Program-made: the position numbers and the translations under genes
In this document: one piece after another, positions 1-8,788 of the stretch
How the letters are laid out: each line of letters begins with the position of its first letter
How positions within the stretch are numbered: position 1 is the first letter of the stretch
Notes under the pieces: generated by a model
What the model was told of the DNA's origin: nothing
The model's input: the letters and a program-made list of their open reading frames with translations, nothing else
Databases searched by the model: none
Assembly (NCBI GenBank): GCA_049676235.1
Contig: JBAUAY010000389.1
Coordinates: 1-33,857, forward strand
Length of the DNA stretch: 33,857 nt
Direction: 5' to 3'
Source of the DNA: Streptosporangiaceae bacterium
GTDB lineage: Bacteria > Actinomycetota > Actinomycetes > Streptosporangiales > Streptosporangiaceae

Positions 1-530
1 ACATCGGAGGTCCAGTGACCGGCCAGCGCCGGGTGGCCCCGCCAGAAATCCAGGTACGCCTCGGTGCTCGGGAACGTCTGCTCCAGCCGGGCAATGGCCG
101 GGCCTAGGGTCGCATCGAGCACGGCGTCGAGGTCGATGCCCTCCGGCACCGGCAGCGGGAGCCCGCCGTCTACCAGGACGAGCCGGCGCACCAGTTCCGG
201 GTGCGCGTCGCGGGCGAGCAGCGCGACGTACGCGCCCATCGAATGCCCCGCGAGCACCGGTCGTCCGCCGAAATGACGCAGCACCGCCGCCACGTCGCTA
301 GCGTGCCTGTCCAGGCCGTACGGGCCGGGCAGGTCGCGGCTGTGGCCGCGACCGCGCAGGTCAGGCGCGGCCAGCGTCCAGTCGGACGGCATATGTCGCG
401 CGACCCCCTGCCAGGCCATGCCAGAGGCCGTAATTCCGTGTACGGCGACCGCTACGCGTTTGCCTGTACCCCACAGGAGCACTCGCAGGTCCCCGCCGTC
501 TACTGCCACATTTAGCAGTCGGAGTTGCAT
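1..530 (-). CDS. alpha/beta hydrolase, partial (C-terminus runs off the left edge of the window)
   Basis: Not in the ORF track because it is open at the edge. My reverse-strand translation from ATG at 530..528 gives MQLRLLNVAVDGGDLRVLLWGTGKRVAVAVHGITASGMAWQGVA...PVLAGHSMGAYVALLAR...LVLVDGG. It contains an HG oxyanion motif and a GHSMG nucleophile elbow. GGAGGG lies about 6 nt upstream of the ATG. Confidence 0.75.
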   Translation of the reverse strand, partial: MQLRLLNVAVDGGDLRVLLWGTGKRVAVAVHGITASGMAWQGVARHMPSDWTLAAPDLRGRGHSRDLPGPYGLDRHASDVAAVLRHFGGRPVLAGHSMGAYVALLARDAHPELVRRLVLVDGGLPLPVPEGIDLDAVLDATLGPAIARLEQTFPSTEAYLDFWRGHPALAGHWTSD

Positions 531-633
531 GTTTCACCCTCCACGGTCCCGCCGGGTATGACCAGGACCGCCCAATGTATTAAGGCTATTATCCGCCCCG
601 GCGATGATCGCATGATGACAAGTCGCCGATAAA

Positions 634-650
634 GGTTTACCGGTAAAACC
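634..650. promoter_or_regulatory. candidate operator: GGTTTACCGGTAAAACC, containing the perfect 12-bp palindrome TTTACCGGTAAA
   Basis: Palindrome read directly at 636..647 in the divergent intergenic region between the hydrolase (start 530) and the acyl-CoA synthetase (start 711). The 12-mer GGTTTACCGGTA recurs at 12801..12812 in another divergent promoter. Confidence 0.3.
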
Positions 651-710
651 GTGCCATGCTGGACTAGGGATGGAATGCCAGGTAAAACCAGGCTTGGAGG
701 TGAGCGGGTC

Positions 711-2336
711 ATGTCGGCCGCACTTAGTTACTCGTCAGGAGAATCCGCGACGCCGCTGCTGGGCGACACGATCGGCGGCAACTTCGACGCCACGGTACGG
801 GCGTTCGGCGACCGCCAGGCGCTGGTGGACCGGTCGGCCGGGCGTCGGTGGACGTATGCCGAACTCGCGGCTGACGTGGACTCGCTCGCCCTCGGATTGC
901 TCGAGATGGGCATCGCCAAGGGGGACCGGGTCGGCATTTGGGCGCCGAACTGCGCCGAATGGACGCTCACCCAGTACGCGACCGCGAAGATCGGCGCGAT
1001 CCTGGTGAACATCAACCCGGCGTACCGCGCCCGTGAGCTGGAGTTCGTGCTCAACCAGTCAGGCAGCACACTGCTCGTCGCGGCCGAGAAGCTGAAGACC
1101 TCCGACTACGCCGGGATGATCGCCGAGGTGCGGCCGCGCTGCCCGGAACTGAAGAGCGTCGTGCTGCTCGGCAGCCCGAAGTGGCAGGCCGTGCTTGAGA
1201 CCGGGCGCCGTCTGGACCGCGGGGCGCTTGACACCATCGAACTGGACACCGACGACCCCATCAATATCCAGTACACCTCGGGCACCACGGGCTTCCCGAA
1301 GGGCGCGACCCTGTCGCACCACAACATCCTGAACAACGGGTTCTTCGTCGGTGAGCTGTGCAACTACACCGAGGTCGACCGGATCTGCATTCCCGTGCCG
1401 TTCTACCACTGCTTCGGCATGGTCATGGGCAACCTCGCCGCGACCAGCCACGGAGCGTGCATGGTCATCCCCGCGCCGACTTTCGACCCGGTCGCGACGC
1501 TGCAGGCCGTGCAGGCCGAACGCTGTACCTCGCTCTACGGGGTACCCACGATGTTCATCGCCGAGCTGTCCACCCCGGACTTCGCCGACTACGACCTGTC
1601 CAGCCTGCGCACTGGCATCATGGCCGGCTCGCCCTGCCCGGTCGAGGTGATGAAGCAGGTCATCGAGCGGATGTCGATGACCGAGGTGTCGATCTGCTAC
1701 GGGATGACGGAAACCTCGCCGGTGTCCACCCAGACCCGCGCCGACGACTCGCTCGACCGCCGGGTATCCACCGTGGGCCGGGTCGGGCCGCATCTCGAAG
1801 TGAAGGTCATCGGCCCCGAGACAGGCCGGACCGTGCCGCGCGGCACGCCGGGCGAGTTGTGCACCAGGGGGTATTCGGTGATGCTCGGCTACTGGGGACA
1901 GCCGGATAAGACCGCCGAGGCCGTGGACGCGGCGCACTGGATGCACACCGGCGATCTCGCGATCATGGACGCCGACGGGTACCTGGCCATCACCGGCCGG
2001 ATCAAGGACATGGTGATCCGCGGCGGCGAGAACGTCTACCCGCGGGAAATCGAGGAGTTCCTCTACACCCACCCCGACATCCTGGACGCTCAGGTCGTCG
2101 GCGTTCCCGACGCCAAATACGGTGAGGAACTCATGGTCTGGGTGCGCCTGCGCGCGGGTGCCCCAGCGCTGACCGCCGAGTCGCTGCGCGAGTTCTGCGC
2201 CGGCCAGCTGGCGCACTACAAGATCCCGCGGTACGTGCACATCGCCGACGAGTTCCCGATGACGGTGACCGGCAAGGTGCGCAAGGTCGAGATGCGGGAG
2301 CGTTCGGTAGAGATCCTCGGTCTCGACCGCCGGTAG
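711..2336 (+). CDS. AMP-dependent acyl-CoA synthetase/ligase (FadD-type)
   Basis: ORF 651..2336 has the AMP-binding signature [11 protein letters not shown], plus GYWG...TGD and a C-terminal TGKVRK. I prefer ATG 711 (MSAALSYSS...) because GGAGG sits about 10 nt upstream. The track start at 651 is a GTG with no RBS. Confidence 0.9.
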   Translation: MSAALSYSSGESATPLLGDTIGGNFDATVRAFGDRQALVDRSAGRRWTYAELAADVDSLALGLLEMGIAKGDRVGIWAPNCAEWTLTQYATAKIGAILVNINPAYRARELEFVLNQSGSTLLVAAEKLKTSDYAGMIAEVRPRCPELKSVVLLGSPKWQAVLETGRRLDRGALDTIELDTDDPINIQYTSGTTGFPKGATLSHHNILNNGFFVGELCNYTEVDRICIPVPFYHCFGMVMGNLAATSHGACMVIPAPTFDPVATLQAVQAERCTSLYGVPTMFIAELSTPDFADYDLSSLRTGIMAGSPCPVEVMKQVIERMSMTEVSICYGMTETSPVSTQTRADDSLDRRVSTVGRVGPHLEVKVIGPETGRTVPRGTPGELCTRGYSVMLGYWGQPDKTAEAVDAAHWMHTGDLAIMDADGYLAITGRIKDMVIRGGENVYPREIEEFLYTHPDILDAQVVGVPDAKYGEELMVWVRLRAGAPALTAESLREFCAGQLAHYKIPRYVHIADEFPMTVTGKVRKVEMRERSVEILGLDRR

Positions 2337-2346
2337 GCTTCATGCG

Positions 2347-3342
2347 ATGAAGGTCCTGATCGCGGGGGGCGCCGGGTACATCGGAAGCACGATCGCGTCG
2401 GCTTGCTCCGACGCGGGGATCAGCTCGGTGATCCTGGATAGCCTGGTGACCGGCAGGCGCGAGTTCACGGCGGGCCGCACGTTCTATGCGGGCGATATCG
2501 CCGACGGGCCGCTGATCGATCGCATCTTCGCCGAACATCCCGACATCGACGCCGTTATCCACGGCGCGGCCCTGATCGTGGTGCCGGACTCGGTCGCCGA
2601 CCCGGTGGGCTATTACCGGGCGAACGTCGCGAAGAGCCTGGAATTCGCCGCGCACCTGCTGCGCAACGGCTGCGCCCGGCTGATCTTCAGTTCCTCGGCT
2701 GCCATCTACCGGGCCAGTGAGGACCTCAGCGTCGATGAAGACTCGCCCATCGACCCGCAGAGCCCGTACGCGCGGACCAAGGCGGTGTGCGAGGCGATGT
2801 TCGCCGACATCGCCGCTTCCCAGCCCCTGCGCGTACTGTCCCTGCGGTACTTCAACCCGATCGGCGCGGACCCCAAGATGCGGACGGGGCTGCAGTTGCG
2901 GCAGCCGACGCACGCCCTGGGCAAGATCATCCAGGCGGCCGGAGAAGGCACCCCGTTCCTGATCACCGGGACCGGCTGGCCGACCCGCGATGGTTCGGGC
3001 CTGCGGGATTACATCCATGTCTGGGACCTAGCCACCGCGCACGTGGCCGCGCTCACCCGGTTCGACGCTCTGCCCGGGCCGGTGACGGTCATCAACCTGG
3101 GCAGCGGCACGGGCACCACGGTCCGGGAGCTTCTCGCCGCGTTCAACCGGGTGGCCCACCAGCCCGTCGAGGCGCGTGAGGCCGGCTCGCGGCCCGGTGA
3201 CGTGGCCGGCGCCTACACCCGCATCGGCCGCGCGGAGCGGCTGCTGGGCTGGCGGCCGCAGTACGACATCGCCGAGGGCATCAGGCATTCGCTTCAGTGG
3301 GCGGCGCTCCGCGACGATGTCTTGTCCGGCGAGAGCGCTTAG
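2347..3342 (+). CDS. galE: UDP-glucose 4-epimerase (NAD-dependent epimerase/dehydratase)
   Basis: Has the N-terminal Rossmann motif MKVLIAGGAGYIGS, a catalytic YxxxK (SPYARTK), and LRYFNPIGA, which is typical of GalE. It lies 10 nt downstream of the acyl-CoA synthetase. Confidence 0.88.
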   Translation: MKVLIAGGAGYIGSTIASACSDAGISSVILDSLVTGRREFTAGRTFYAGDIADGPLIDRIFAEHPDIDAVIHGAALIVVPDSVADPVGYYRANVAKSLEFAAHLLRNGCARLIFSSSAAIYRASEDLSVDEDSPIDPQSPYARTKAVCEAMFADIAASQPLRVLSLRYFNPIGADPKMRTGLQLRQPTHALGKIIQAAGEGTPFLITGTGWPTRDGSGLRDYIHVWDLATAHVAALTRFDALPGPVTVINLGSGTGTTVRELLAAFNRVAHQPVEAREAGSRPGDVAGAYTRIGRAERLLGWRPQYDIAEGIRHSLQWAALRDDVLSGESA

Positions 3343-3641
3343 GTTTCCTTGCGCAGCGCGGCCAGCTGGTAGACGGGATCGGGACGGACGCGGCAGCAGG
3401 ATTCAAGCGCGGCCTGATATGTCACCTCAGTAGCTCCGTATATGAGGCGGAAAAGCTCACCGTGGTCATGCATGGTGATGATCGCGAAGTTCTGTGCTGA
3501 AGAGATTGGAAAATGATTGTATTGGCTGATATCGGAGGACAGCGTATGATCGAACAGCTTTGGTAGCCAGCCCCGGCCACCCGCCTCGGGGCTGTGGGGG
3601 AGCGGAGATGGGCCAGAAGCTTTCACGACGTACACCGGCAA
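3339..3641 (-). CDS. hypothetical small ORF in an AT-rich island (start uncertain; internal ATG at 3473)
   Basis: 100-aa ORF with no recognisable family. The middle part uses A/T-ending codons that are atypical for this genome, while the C-terminal 25 codons have a normal GC third position. It may be non-coding. Confidence 0.2.
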   Translation of the reverse strand: MPVYVVKASGPSPLPHSPEAGGRGWLPKLFDHTLSSDISQYNHFPISSAQNFAIITMHDHGELFRLIYGATEVTYQAALESCCRVRPDPVYQLAALRKET

Positions 3642-4594
3642 CGCCTGCTCGGCAGGAAGAACCGTCGTGGCCGGCGGTGGCGAGCACCACGGTGCGTCTA
3701 TGGCTGGAAAGGCACCACTGGTACCCGGCAGGCCGCCGGCGGCGTCTGGTGCTCGTGCTGAGCGCGCTGGTGGCCATGGCCCTGGGGGCCGGCGTGACGC
3801 TAGCCTTCACCCAGCGGGGACCGGCGCCGGCCGCGTCGCCGCCCAGCCGCTCCGCGCAGGGACCAACCGCGCTGCAGGTGGCGGCGGCTGACCGCCACCA
3901 GGCGGCGATGTGGATCGGCCAGCAGGTGGAATCGAGCGCGGTCGTGGGCTGTGACCCGGAGATGTGCAACGAGCTGCAGCAGAGCGGCTTCCCCGCCGGT
4001 CAGCTCAATGAACTGCAGCCGACGGCCCCTGACCCTGAGGGTTCGCTCCTGGTCGTAGCCACGCCGGTGATCCGGAACCAGTTCGGCACCCGGCTGGCCA
4101 GCGTCTACGCGCCGCTGGTGATCGCCAGCTTCGGCTCGGGCGCGGAGCGGGTCGACATCCGTTACGTCGCGCCGGGCGGCACCGCGGCCTTCGAGTCGCG
4201 GCTCGCGGCGGACCTGAAGAACCGCATCGCCGCGGGCGGGCAGCTGCTGACCAACAAGCATGTCCAGGCCTCCCCGGCCGCGCGCCAGGCGCTTGCGGCC
4301 GGACAGGTGGATCCGCGCCTGCTTGTAACGCTTTCGGCACTTGCTCACCAATGGCCACTTCAACTGGTAGCGTTCGATGATCCCTCGCCCGGCGTGAGCT
4401 CGGACGTACCGCTACGCGGCGCTGAAATTGGCGCCGCCGCGTCGGCTGGCTTGCCGGCGATGGTTGTGTTCCTGAGGGCACAGCAAAGCCAGTATGCCCC
4501 GGCGGTGGCCCGCATTACTCAGGACGCGAACGGCCAGTCCGTGGTCACCGTGCGGTACGACGCTCCGGGTCCTATGGGGCTAGGAGGCTCATAG
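3608..4594 (+). CDS. membrane-anchored secreted protein of unknown function
   Basis: ATG 3608 (MGQKLSRR...) is preceded by GGGGGAGCGGAG. There is a single N-terminal TM helix (LVLVLSALVAMALGAGVTLAF) followed by an extracytoplasmic domain of about 260 aa. It sits upstream of the DUF4397/sortase pair. Confidence 0.65.
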   Translation: MGQKLSRRTPATPARQEEPSWPAVASTTVRLWLERHHWYPAGRRRRLVLVLSALVAMALGAGVTLAFTQRGPAPAASPPSRSAQGPTALQVAAADRHQAAMWIGQQVESSAVVGCDPEMCNELQQSGFPAGQLNELQPTAPDPEGSLLVVATPVIRNQFGTRLASVYAPLVIASFGSGAERVDIRYVAPGGTAAFESRLAADLKNRIAAGGQLLTNKHVQASPAARQALAAGQVDPRLLVTLSALAHQWPLQLVAFDDPSPGVSSDVPLRGAEIGAAASAGLPAMVVFLRAQQSQYAPAVARITQDANGQSVVTVRYDAPGPMGLGGS

Positions 4595-4622
4595 AGATTT
4601 AACAGCTTGGGGAGGGATCAAA

Positions 4623-5519
4623 GTGAAGTTTCCGAGAATAACTAGACGAATCACCATGCTGCTGGCCGCCTCGGCCTTGCTGCTTGGTATTCCCGCTGCC
4701 GCCACTGCTTCGGCCGCTTCAGCCGCTTCTGCCACTTCGGGTACCGGCTGGATCAGGCTCGCTCACCTGTCGCCGAACACACCCCCCGTCGACGTTTACC
4801 TCTATTCATTCGGCAATTCCAACGCGCAGATCGTGCTCCACCACGTTTCCTACGGAACGGTCTCGCCCTACGAGGCAGTAACCGCCGGTGACTACAGCGT
4901 GGCCATGCGGGCATCCGGGGCCTCCCCGTCGAGCCAGCCGGTCCTGTCCACCAGCGTGACGGTCAAGGCCGATCACGCCTACACGGTGGCCGGCATGGGA
5001 CCGGAGTCGGGCCTGCGGCTTCAGGTCATAGACGACAGCCTGACCGCGCCAGCGGGTAAGTCCTCGGTGCGGGTGATCCAGGCGTCGCTCAAGCAGCAGG
5101 TCGTGAAGTTCCACTGCAGCTGCGCCCCCGGCGCAGCCGGGGACATCGTGACCAAGGCGTCGTTCGGCTCCGTGAGTCCGTATGCGGCCATCCCGCCGGG
5201 TACCTGGACCATGTCGGCGATCGTCGGAGGCACTACCAAGGCGACCCTGCCCACCACGCTCGTCGCGGGCACCGTCCACACGATGGTGGTGCTCGACGGG
5301 ACCAACGGCCTTGAGATCGTGGACCTGGTGGACGCGGCCGGGGCCGGCCAGCCGCCGGCGGGCGGGGTCACGACCGGGTTCGGCGGCACCGCGAGGCACG
5401 GTCCGGGATCGCCGGTGCCCTGGGTGGCACTCATCGGAGCCGGCGCGCTGATCGCCCTGACGGGCGGTTTCAGGCTGCGCCGCCACGGAATGCGGCGTCA
5501 GCTGAACACCGGGATCTAA
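4623..5519 (+). CDS. DUF4397 domain-containing cell-surface protein with a C-terminal TM anchor
   Basis: GTG start after GGGGAGGG. It has a signal peptide (LLAASALLLGIPAAATASA) and repeated DUF4397-like strands (GWIRLAHLSPNTPPVDVYL; SVRVIQASL...). The C-terminus reads AGGVTTGFGGTA...PWVALIGAGALIALTGGF-RLRRHGMRR. Confidence 0.8.
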   Translation: MKFPRITRRITMLLAASALLLGIPAAATASAASAASATSGTGWIRLAHLSPNTPPVDVYLYSFGNSNAQIVLHHVSYGTVSPYEAVTAGDYSVAMRASGASPSSQPVLSTSVTVKADHAYTVAGMGPESGLRLQVIDDSLTAPAGKSSVRVIQASLKQQVVKFHCSCAPGAAGDIVTKASFGSVSPYAAIPPGTWTMSAIVGGTTKATLPTTLVAGTVHTMVVLDGTNGLEIVDLVDAAGAGQPPAGGVTTGFGGTARHGPGSPVPWVALIGAGALIALTGGFRLRRHGMRRQLNTGI

Positions 5520-5521
5520 GG

Positions 5522-6160
5522 ATGCCGACCCGCAAGCCGGCCGCGATCGTTTTCGCGGCCGGCTTGGTCGTGATCGTGGCCGGAACGGCGGGCCTGCTGC
5601 TGACGCGTCACTCCACCCCGGCCTTGCGGCCGGTCGCGGCCGGGGTGGCCGCGCTGCCCGCGCCCACCGGCCCGATCGCGGCTCCGCCGCAGTCGGCGCA
5701 GCCGGCCCCCGTCGCCAGTCCGGTCTCGCTGACCATTCCGCTGATCGGCGTGAAGACCCAGCTGCTCACGCTGGGCCTGGCCGCTAGGGGCGCGTTGCAG
5801 GTGCCGCCCTTGTCCTCGGCGTCCATCGCGGGCTGGTACACCGGAAGCCCACGGCCCGGCGCGATCGGCTCGGCCATCATCGTGGGCCACATCGACTCGC
5901 AGAGTGGTCCCGGGGTGTTCTTCCGGCTGTCCGAGCTGCGCCGCGGGGACGACGTCTACGTCAAGCGAACCGACGGCTCCACGGCGGAGTTCCGCGTCAC
6001 ATCGGTCCAGAGGTACCTGAAGGACCACTTCCCGACGGCGACGGTGTACGGTCCCACGCCGGACGCGGAGCTTCGCCTGATCACCTGCGGCGGTGCCTTC
6101 GATTCCGCCACCGGCCACTACCTGAGCAACATCGTGGTCTACGCCACCGAGGTGAGCTGA
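5522..6160 (+). CDS. class F sortase
   Basis: Has an N-terminal TM helix, a catalytic His context (AIIVGHID) and a TLxTC-type Cys motif (LRLITCGG). It begins 2 nt after the DUF4397 stop codon. Confidence 0.85.
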   Translation: MPTRKPAAIVFAAGLVVIVAGTAGLLLTRHSTPALRPVAAGVAALPAPTGPIAAPPQSAQPAPVASPVSLTIPLIGVKTQLLTLGLAARGALQVPPLSSASIAGWYTGSPRPGAIGSAIIVGHIDSQSGPGVFFRLSELRRGDDVYVKRTDGSTAEFRVTSVQRYLKDHFPTATVYGPTPDAELRLITCGGAFDSATGHYLSNIVVYATEVS

Positions 6161-6188
6161 GCCCGAGCCAGCATGCCAGGCTAAGACC

Positions 6189-6512
6189 ATGACGCTCCAG
6201 GAGCGGTACGAGGATCTGGTGGACGAGTTCACCGGCGTGGACGGGGTGACGCCGCCCGAGGGCGGCAGCGGGTTCGGCCGCAGCGCGTTGCGCTACCGCC
6301 GGAAGATCTTCGCGATGTTCGTCCGCGGCCAGCTGGTGGTCAAGCTGCCCCGGCCACGCGTGGACGAGCTCGTCGCGGGCGGCCACGGCGAGCGGTTCGA
6401 CGCCAACAAGGGCACGCCGATGAAGGAGTGGTTCAGCCTGGACCCCGAGTCCGCGCTGCCCTGGCCGTCGCTGGCCCGTGAGGCCTTGGACTTCGCCCGG
6501 TCCCCGCGATAA
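6189..6512 (+). CDS. TfoX/Sxy N-terminal domain-like protein (hypothetical)
   Basis: 107 aa. The pattern RKIFAMFVRGQLVVKLPRPRVDELV...GTPMKEWFSL resembles TfoX_N-type small proteins. The assignment is from memory only. Confidence 0.5.
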   Translation: MTLQERYEDLVDEFTGVDGVTPPEGGSGFGRSALRYRRKIFAMFVRGQLVVKLPRPRVDELVAGGHGERFDANKGTPMKEWFSLDPESALPWPSLAREALDFARSPR

Positions 6513-6560
6513 CCACCGGAGCCGGATGACGGGGGGATAGCCTGGATCCCCGGAGGTGTC

Positions 6561-6866
6561 ATGGACCTGGAGGTGGCCGACAATCCGGATAAGGAACGGT
6601 TCGAGATCGTCGCCGACGGCGAGCTAGCCGGGTTTATCCAGTACCACCTGCGCGGCGACGAGATCGCGCTCACGCATACCCAGACCGACGACCGGTACCG
6701 CCGCCAGGGCATCGCCAGCCACCTCGTGCAGTTGAGCCTCGACGCCGTCCGGGATCGGCACCTGGCGGTCCTGCCCTACTGCCCGTTCGTCAGGAACTGG
6801 ATCAGCAGGCACCGCGAGTACGCCGACCTGGTCCCGTCAGATCGGCGCCAGCAGTTCGGCCTGTGA
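6561..6866 (+). CDS. GNAT-family N-acetyltransferase (short YjdJ-type)
   Basis: 101 aa, with GGAGG upstream. The sequence FEI..DGELAGFIQY...I.LTHT.TD..YRRQGIAS.LV...LD..R.....V.P.CPFV is the typical single-domain GNAT-like fold. Confidence 0.8.
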   Translation: MDLEVADNPDKERFEIVADGELAGFIQYHLRGDEIALTHTQTDDRYRRQGIASHLVQLSLDAVRDRHLAVLPYCPFVRNWISRHREYADLVPSDRRQQFGL

Positions 6867-6986
6867 GGTCGGGTCCTCCTCGCTCTGCGGGAGCGGCTCA
6901 TCGCGGCACCGATGACTTTTCGCGTCGGCCTCCGTTACACAGGTGAGAATCGGCGCCGGCCGGTTCGGGAGAAGGAGGGCGAGGAT

Positions 6987-7064
6987 ATGGACTACAACGG
7001 CAACGTCTGGCTCCGGCAAGAAGTCCACCGCGGCCAGGGCCGACGATGGATCGTTCGGACCTGA
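6987..7064 (+). CDS. candidate 25-codon upstream ORF (leader peptide) of the ECF sigma gene
   Basis: ATG 6987 is preceded by AAGGAGGG (6972..6979, 7-nt spacer), the strongest SD in this intergenic region. It encodes MDYNGNVWLRQEVHRGQGRRWIVRT. Third codon positions are mostly G/C. The stop TGA 7062..7064 overlaps sigma ATG 7064 as TGATG. It is too short to appear in the ORF track. Confidence 0.3.
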   Translation: MDYNGNVWLRQEVHRGQGRRWIVRT

Positions 7065-8050
7065 TGAGCACGGACCAGACGGTTCGCGCGGCGCTCACGG
7101 GTGATGGGCCCGCGTTCGCCGCCCTCACCGAACGGCACCGACGCGAGCTACACGTCCACTGCTACCGGATGCTGGCCTCGTTCGACGAGGCCGAGGACGC
7201 GGTGCAGGAGACGTTCCTCAAAGCATGGCGCGGCTGGTCCGGCTTCGACGGCGGTTCGCAGTTCCGCGCGTGGATGTACCGGATCGCCACCAACGTCTGC
7301 CTGGACATGCTGCGACGCAGCTCGCGGCGTACCGCCGGGAGCTCGTTCGCCGAGGTGCCGTGGCTTCAGCCGTACCCGGACCTGCTGCTTGAGGCGGCCG
7401 CGCCGAGCGACGAGCAGCCCGAGGCGGTGGCCATCCGGCGGGAGACGATCTCGCTGGCGTTCCTGGCTGCCCTACAGGTCCTGCCGCCGAGGCAGCGCGC
7501 CGCGCTGATCGCCCGGGATGTGCTCGGCTGGCCCGCCACCGAGACCGCCTCGTCGCTCGGCACCAGCGTCGCTGCGGCCAACAGCGCCCTGCAGCGGGCC
7601 CGGGCGACGATGCAGTCGCACCTGCCTGCCCAGCGCGCCGAGTGGTCCGCGCGGGAGCCGAGCGCCGAAGAACGCGAGCTGGTCGAGCAGTTCATCGAGG
7701 CGCACGAGCGATGCGACGCCGAGGCCGCCATCGCGATCGCGGCCCGGGACATCCGGGTGACCATGCCGCCGCTGCCGTACTGCTTCGACGGGCCGGACGC
7801 GATCAGGCCGCTGATGGCCGACGCGGCCTCGATGGGCGAATGGCGGCTGATCCCGGTGGGCGCCAACCGGATGCCGGCTGCGGCGAGCTACCTGCGCCAG
7901 CCGGGCGACAGCCAGTTCCGCGCGTTCAAACTCGACGTCATGCGCATCGAGGCCGGGCTGATCGCGGAGATCACCACGTTCAACGCGGAGCTTTTCCCGG
8001 CGTTCGGCCTGGATCCGGTCCTGTCAAGCGCGCAGCGGGGCGAGCGATAG
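7046..8050 (+). CDS. ECF RNA polymerase sigma factor with a C-terminal SnoaL/NTF2-like extension (SigG / TIGR02960-like)
   Basis: Region 2 reads HRRELHVHCYRMLASFDEAEDAVQETFLKAW...FRAWMYRIATNVCLDMLR and region 4 reads LPPRQRAALIARDVLGWPATETA. A C-terminal domain of about 130 aa follows. No anti-sigma gene is adjacent. ATG 7064 is an alternative start. Confidence 0.9.
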   Translation: MDRSDLMSTDQTVRAALTGDGPAFAALTERHRRELHVHCYRMLASFDEAEDAVQETFLKAWRGWSGFDGGSQFRAWMYRIATNVCLDMLRRSSRRTAGSSFAEVPWLQPYPDLLLEAAAPSDEQPEAVAIRRETISLAFLAALQVLPPRQRAALIARDVLGWPATETASSLGTSVAAANSALQRARATMQSHLPAQRAEWSAREPSAEERELVEQFIEAHERCDAEAAIAIAARDIRVTMPPLPYCFDGPDAIRPLMADAASMGEWRLIPVGANRMPAAASYLRQPGDSQFRAFKLDVMRIEAGLIAEITTFNAELFPAFGLDPVLSSAQRGER

Positions 8051-8059
8051 CCTGTCCCG

Positions 8060-8788
8060 GTGCTCGAACATGTCACGGCGACGCGGTACGTGACCCCGCT
8101 GCGCGAGGGCGGGTCGCTGCCCGCCATCGTCGAGGCGGACAATCTCGGCACTTACGTGATGAAGTTCCGCGGCGCTGGGCAGGGCCCGCTCGCGCTGGTC
8201 GCCGAGATCATCGCCGGCGAGCTCGCGCGCCGTCTCGGCCTGCGCGTCCCGGAGCTGGTCCTGGCCGACCTCGATCCGCGGATCCCCGGCAGCGAGCCCG
8301 ACCCGGAGATCCAGGACCTGCTGCGCACCAGCGAGGGCTTGAACCTCGGCGTGGACTTCCTGCCCAGCTCGTTCGGCTTCGATCCGCTCGGCTGGACGGC
8401 CAGCCGCGACTTTGCCAGCCAGGTGCTCTGGTTCGACGCGCTGGTGCACAACGTCGACCGCACCTGGCGCAACCCGAACCTCCTGGTCTGGCACCGCGAC
8501 ATCTGGCTCATCGACCACGGCGCCGCGTTGTACTTCCACCACAACTGGCCGCAAAGGGGCCCGGCCGATCCCAAGCGCCCCTTCGACGCGAGCGAGCACG
8601 TGCTGCGCGACCGTGCCACCGCGCTCGCCGACGCCCATGCCGCGCTCGCCCCGCGGGTCACGGAAACCCTGCTCCGGGAGGTGACCGCGCTGGTGCCGCC
8701 CGGGTGGTTCGGCGACCGCGGCGCCGAGGCCTACGTGGAGCACCTCATGCTGCGCGCCCCGATCGTGCCGGAGGTGATCCGCGGATGA
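8060..8788 (+). CDS. HipA-like kinase family protein (HipA_2-type, no HipB partner)
   Basis: 242 aa. It has a kinase-like catalytic loop LVHNVDRTWRNPNLLV and a metal-binding LIDHGAAL, with an N-terminal YVMKFRGAGQG. It starts 9 nt after the sigma stop, and its stop overlaps the next start as ATGA. Confidence 0.75.
   Translation: MLEHVTATRYVTPLREGGSLPAIVEADNLGTYVMKFRGAGQGPLALVAEIIAGELARRLGLRVPELVLADLDPRIPGSEPDPEIQDLLRTSEGLNLGVDFLPSSFGFDPLGWTASRDFASQVLWFDALVHNVDRTWRNPNLLVWHRDIWLIDHGAALYFHHNWPQRGPADPKRPFDASEHVLRDRATALADAHAALAPRVTETLLREVTALVPPGWFGDRGAEAYVEHLMLRAPIVPEVIRG

Noticed and set aside
1059-2240. Long antisense or off-frame ORFs opposite clear genes. Examples: 1059-2240(-), 2131-3018(-), 12568-13986(-), 14713-15756(-), 19048-19815(-), 20207-21142(-), 22948-24522(+), 24188-25696(+), 32845-33792(+).
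   Set aside because: These are typical shadow ORFs of a 70% GC genome. Their translations are Arg/Gly/Pro/Ala-rich with no family motifs, and each lies fully inside a gene with strong motif support on the other strand or frame.
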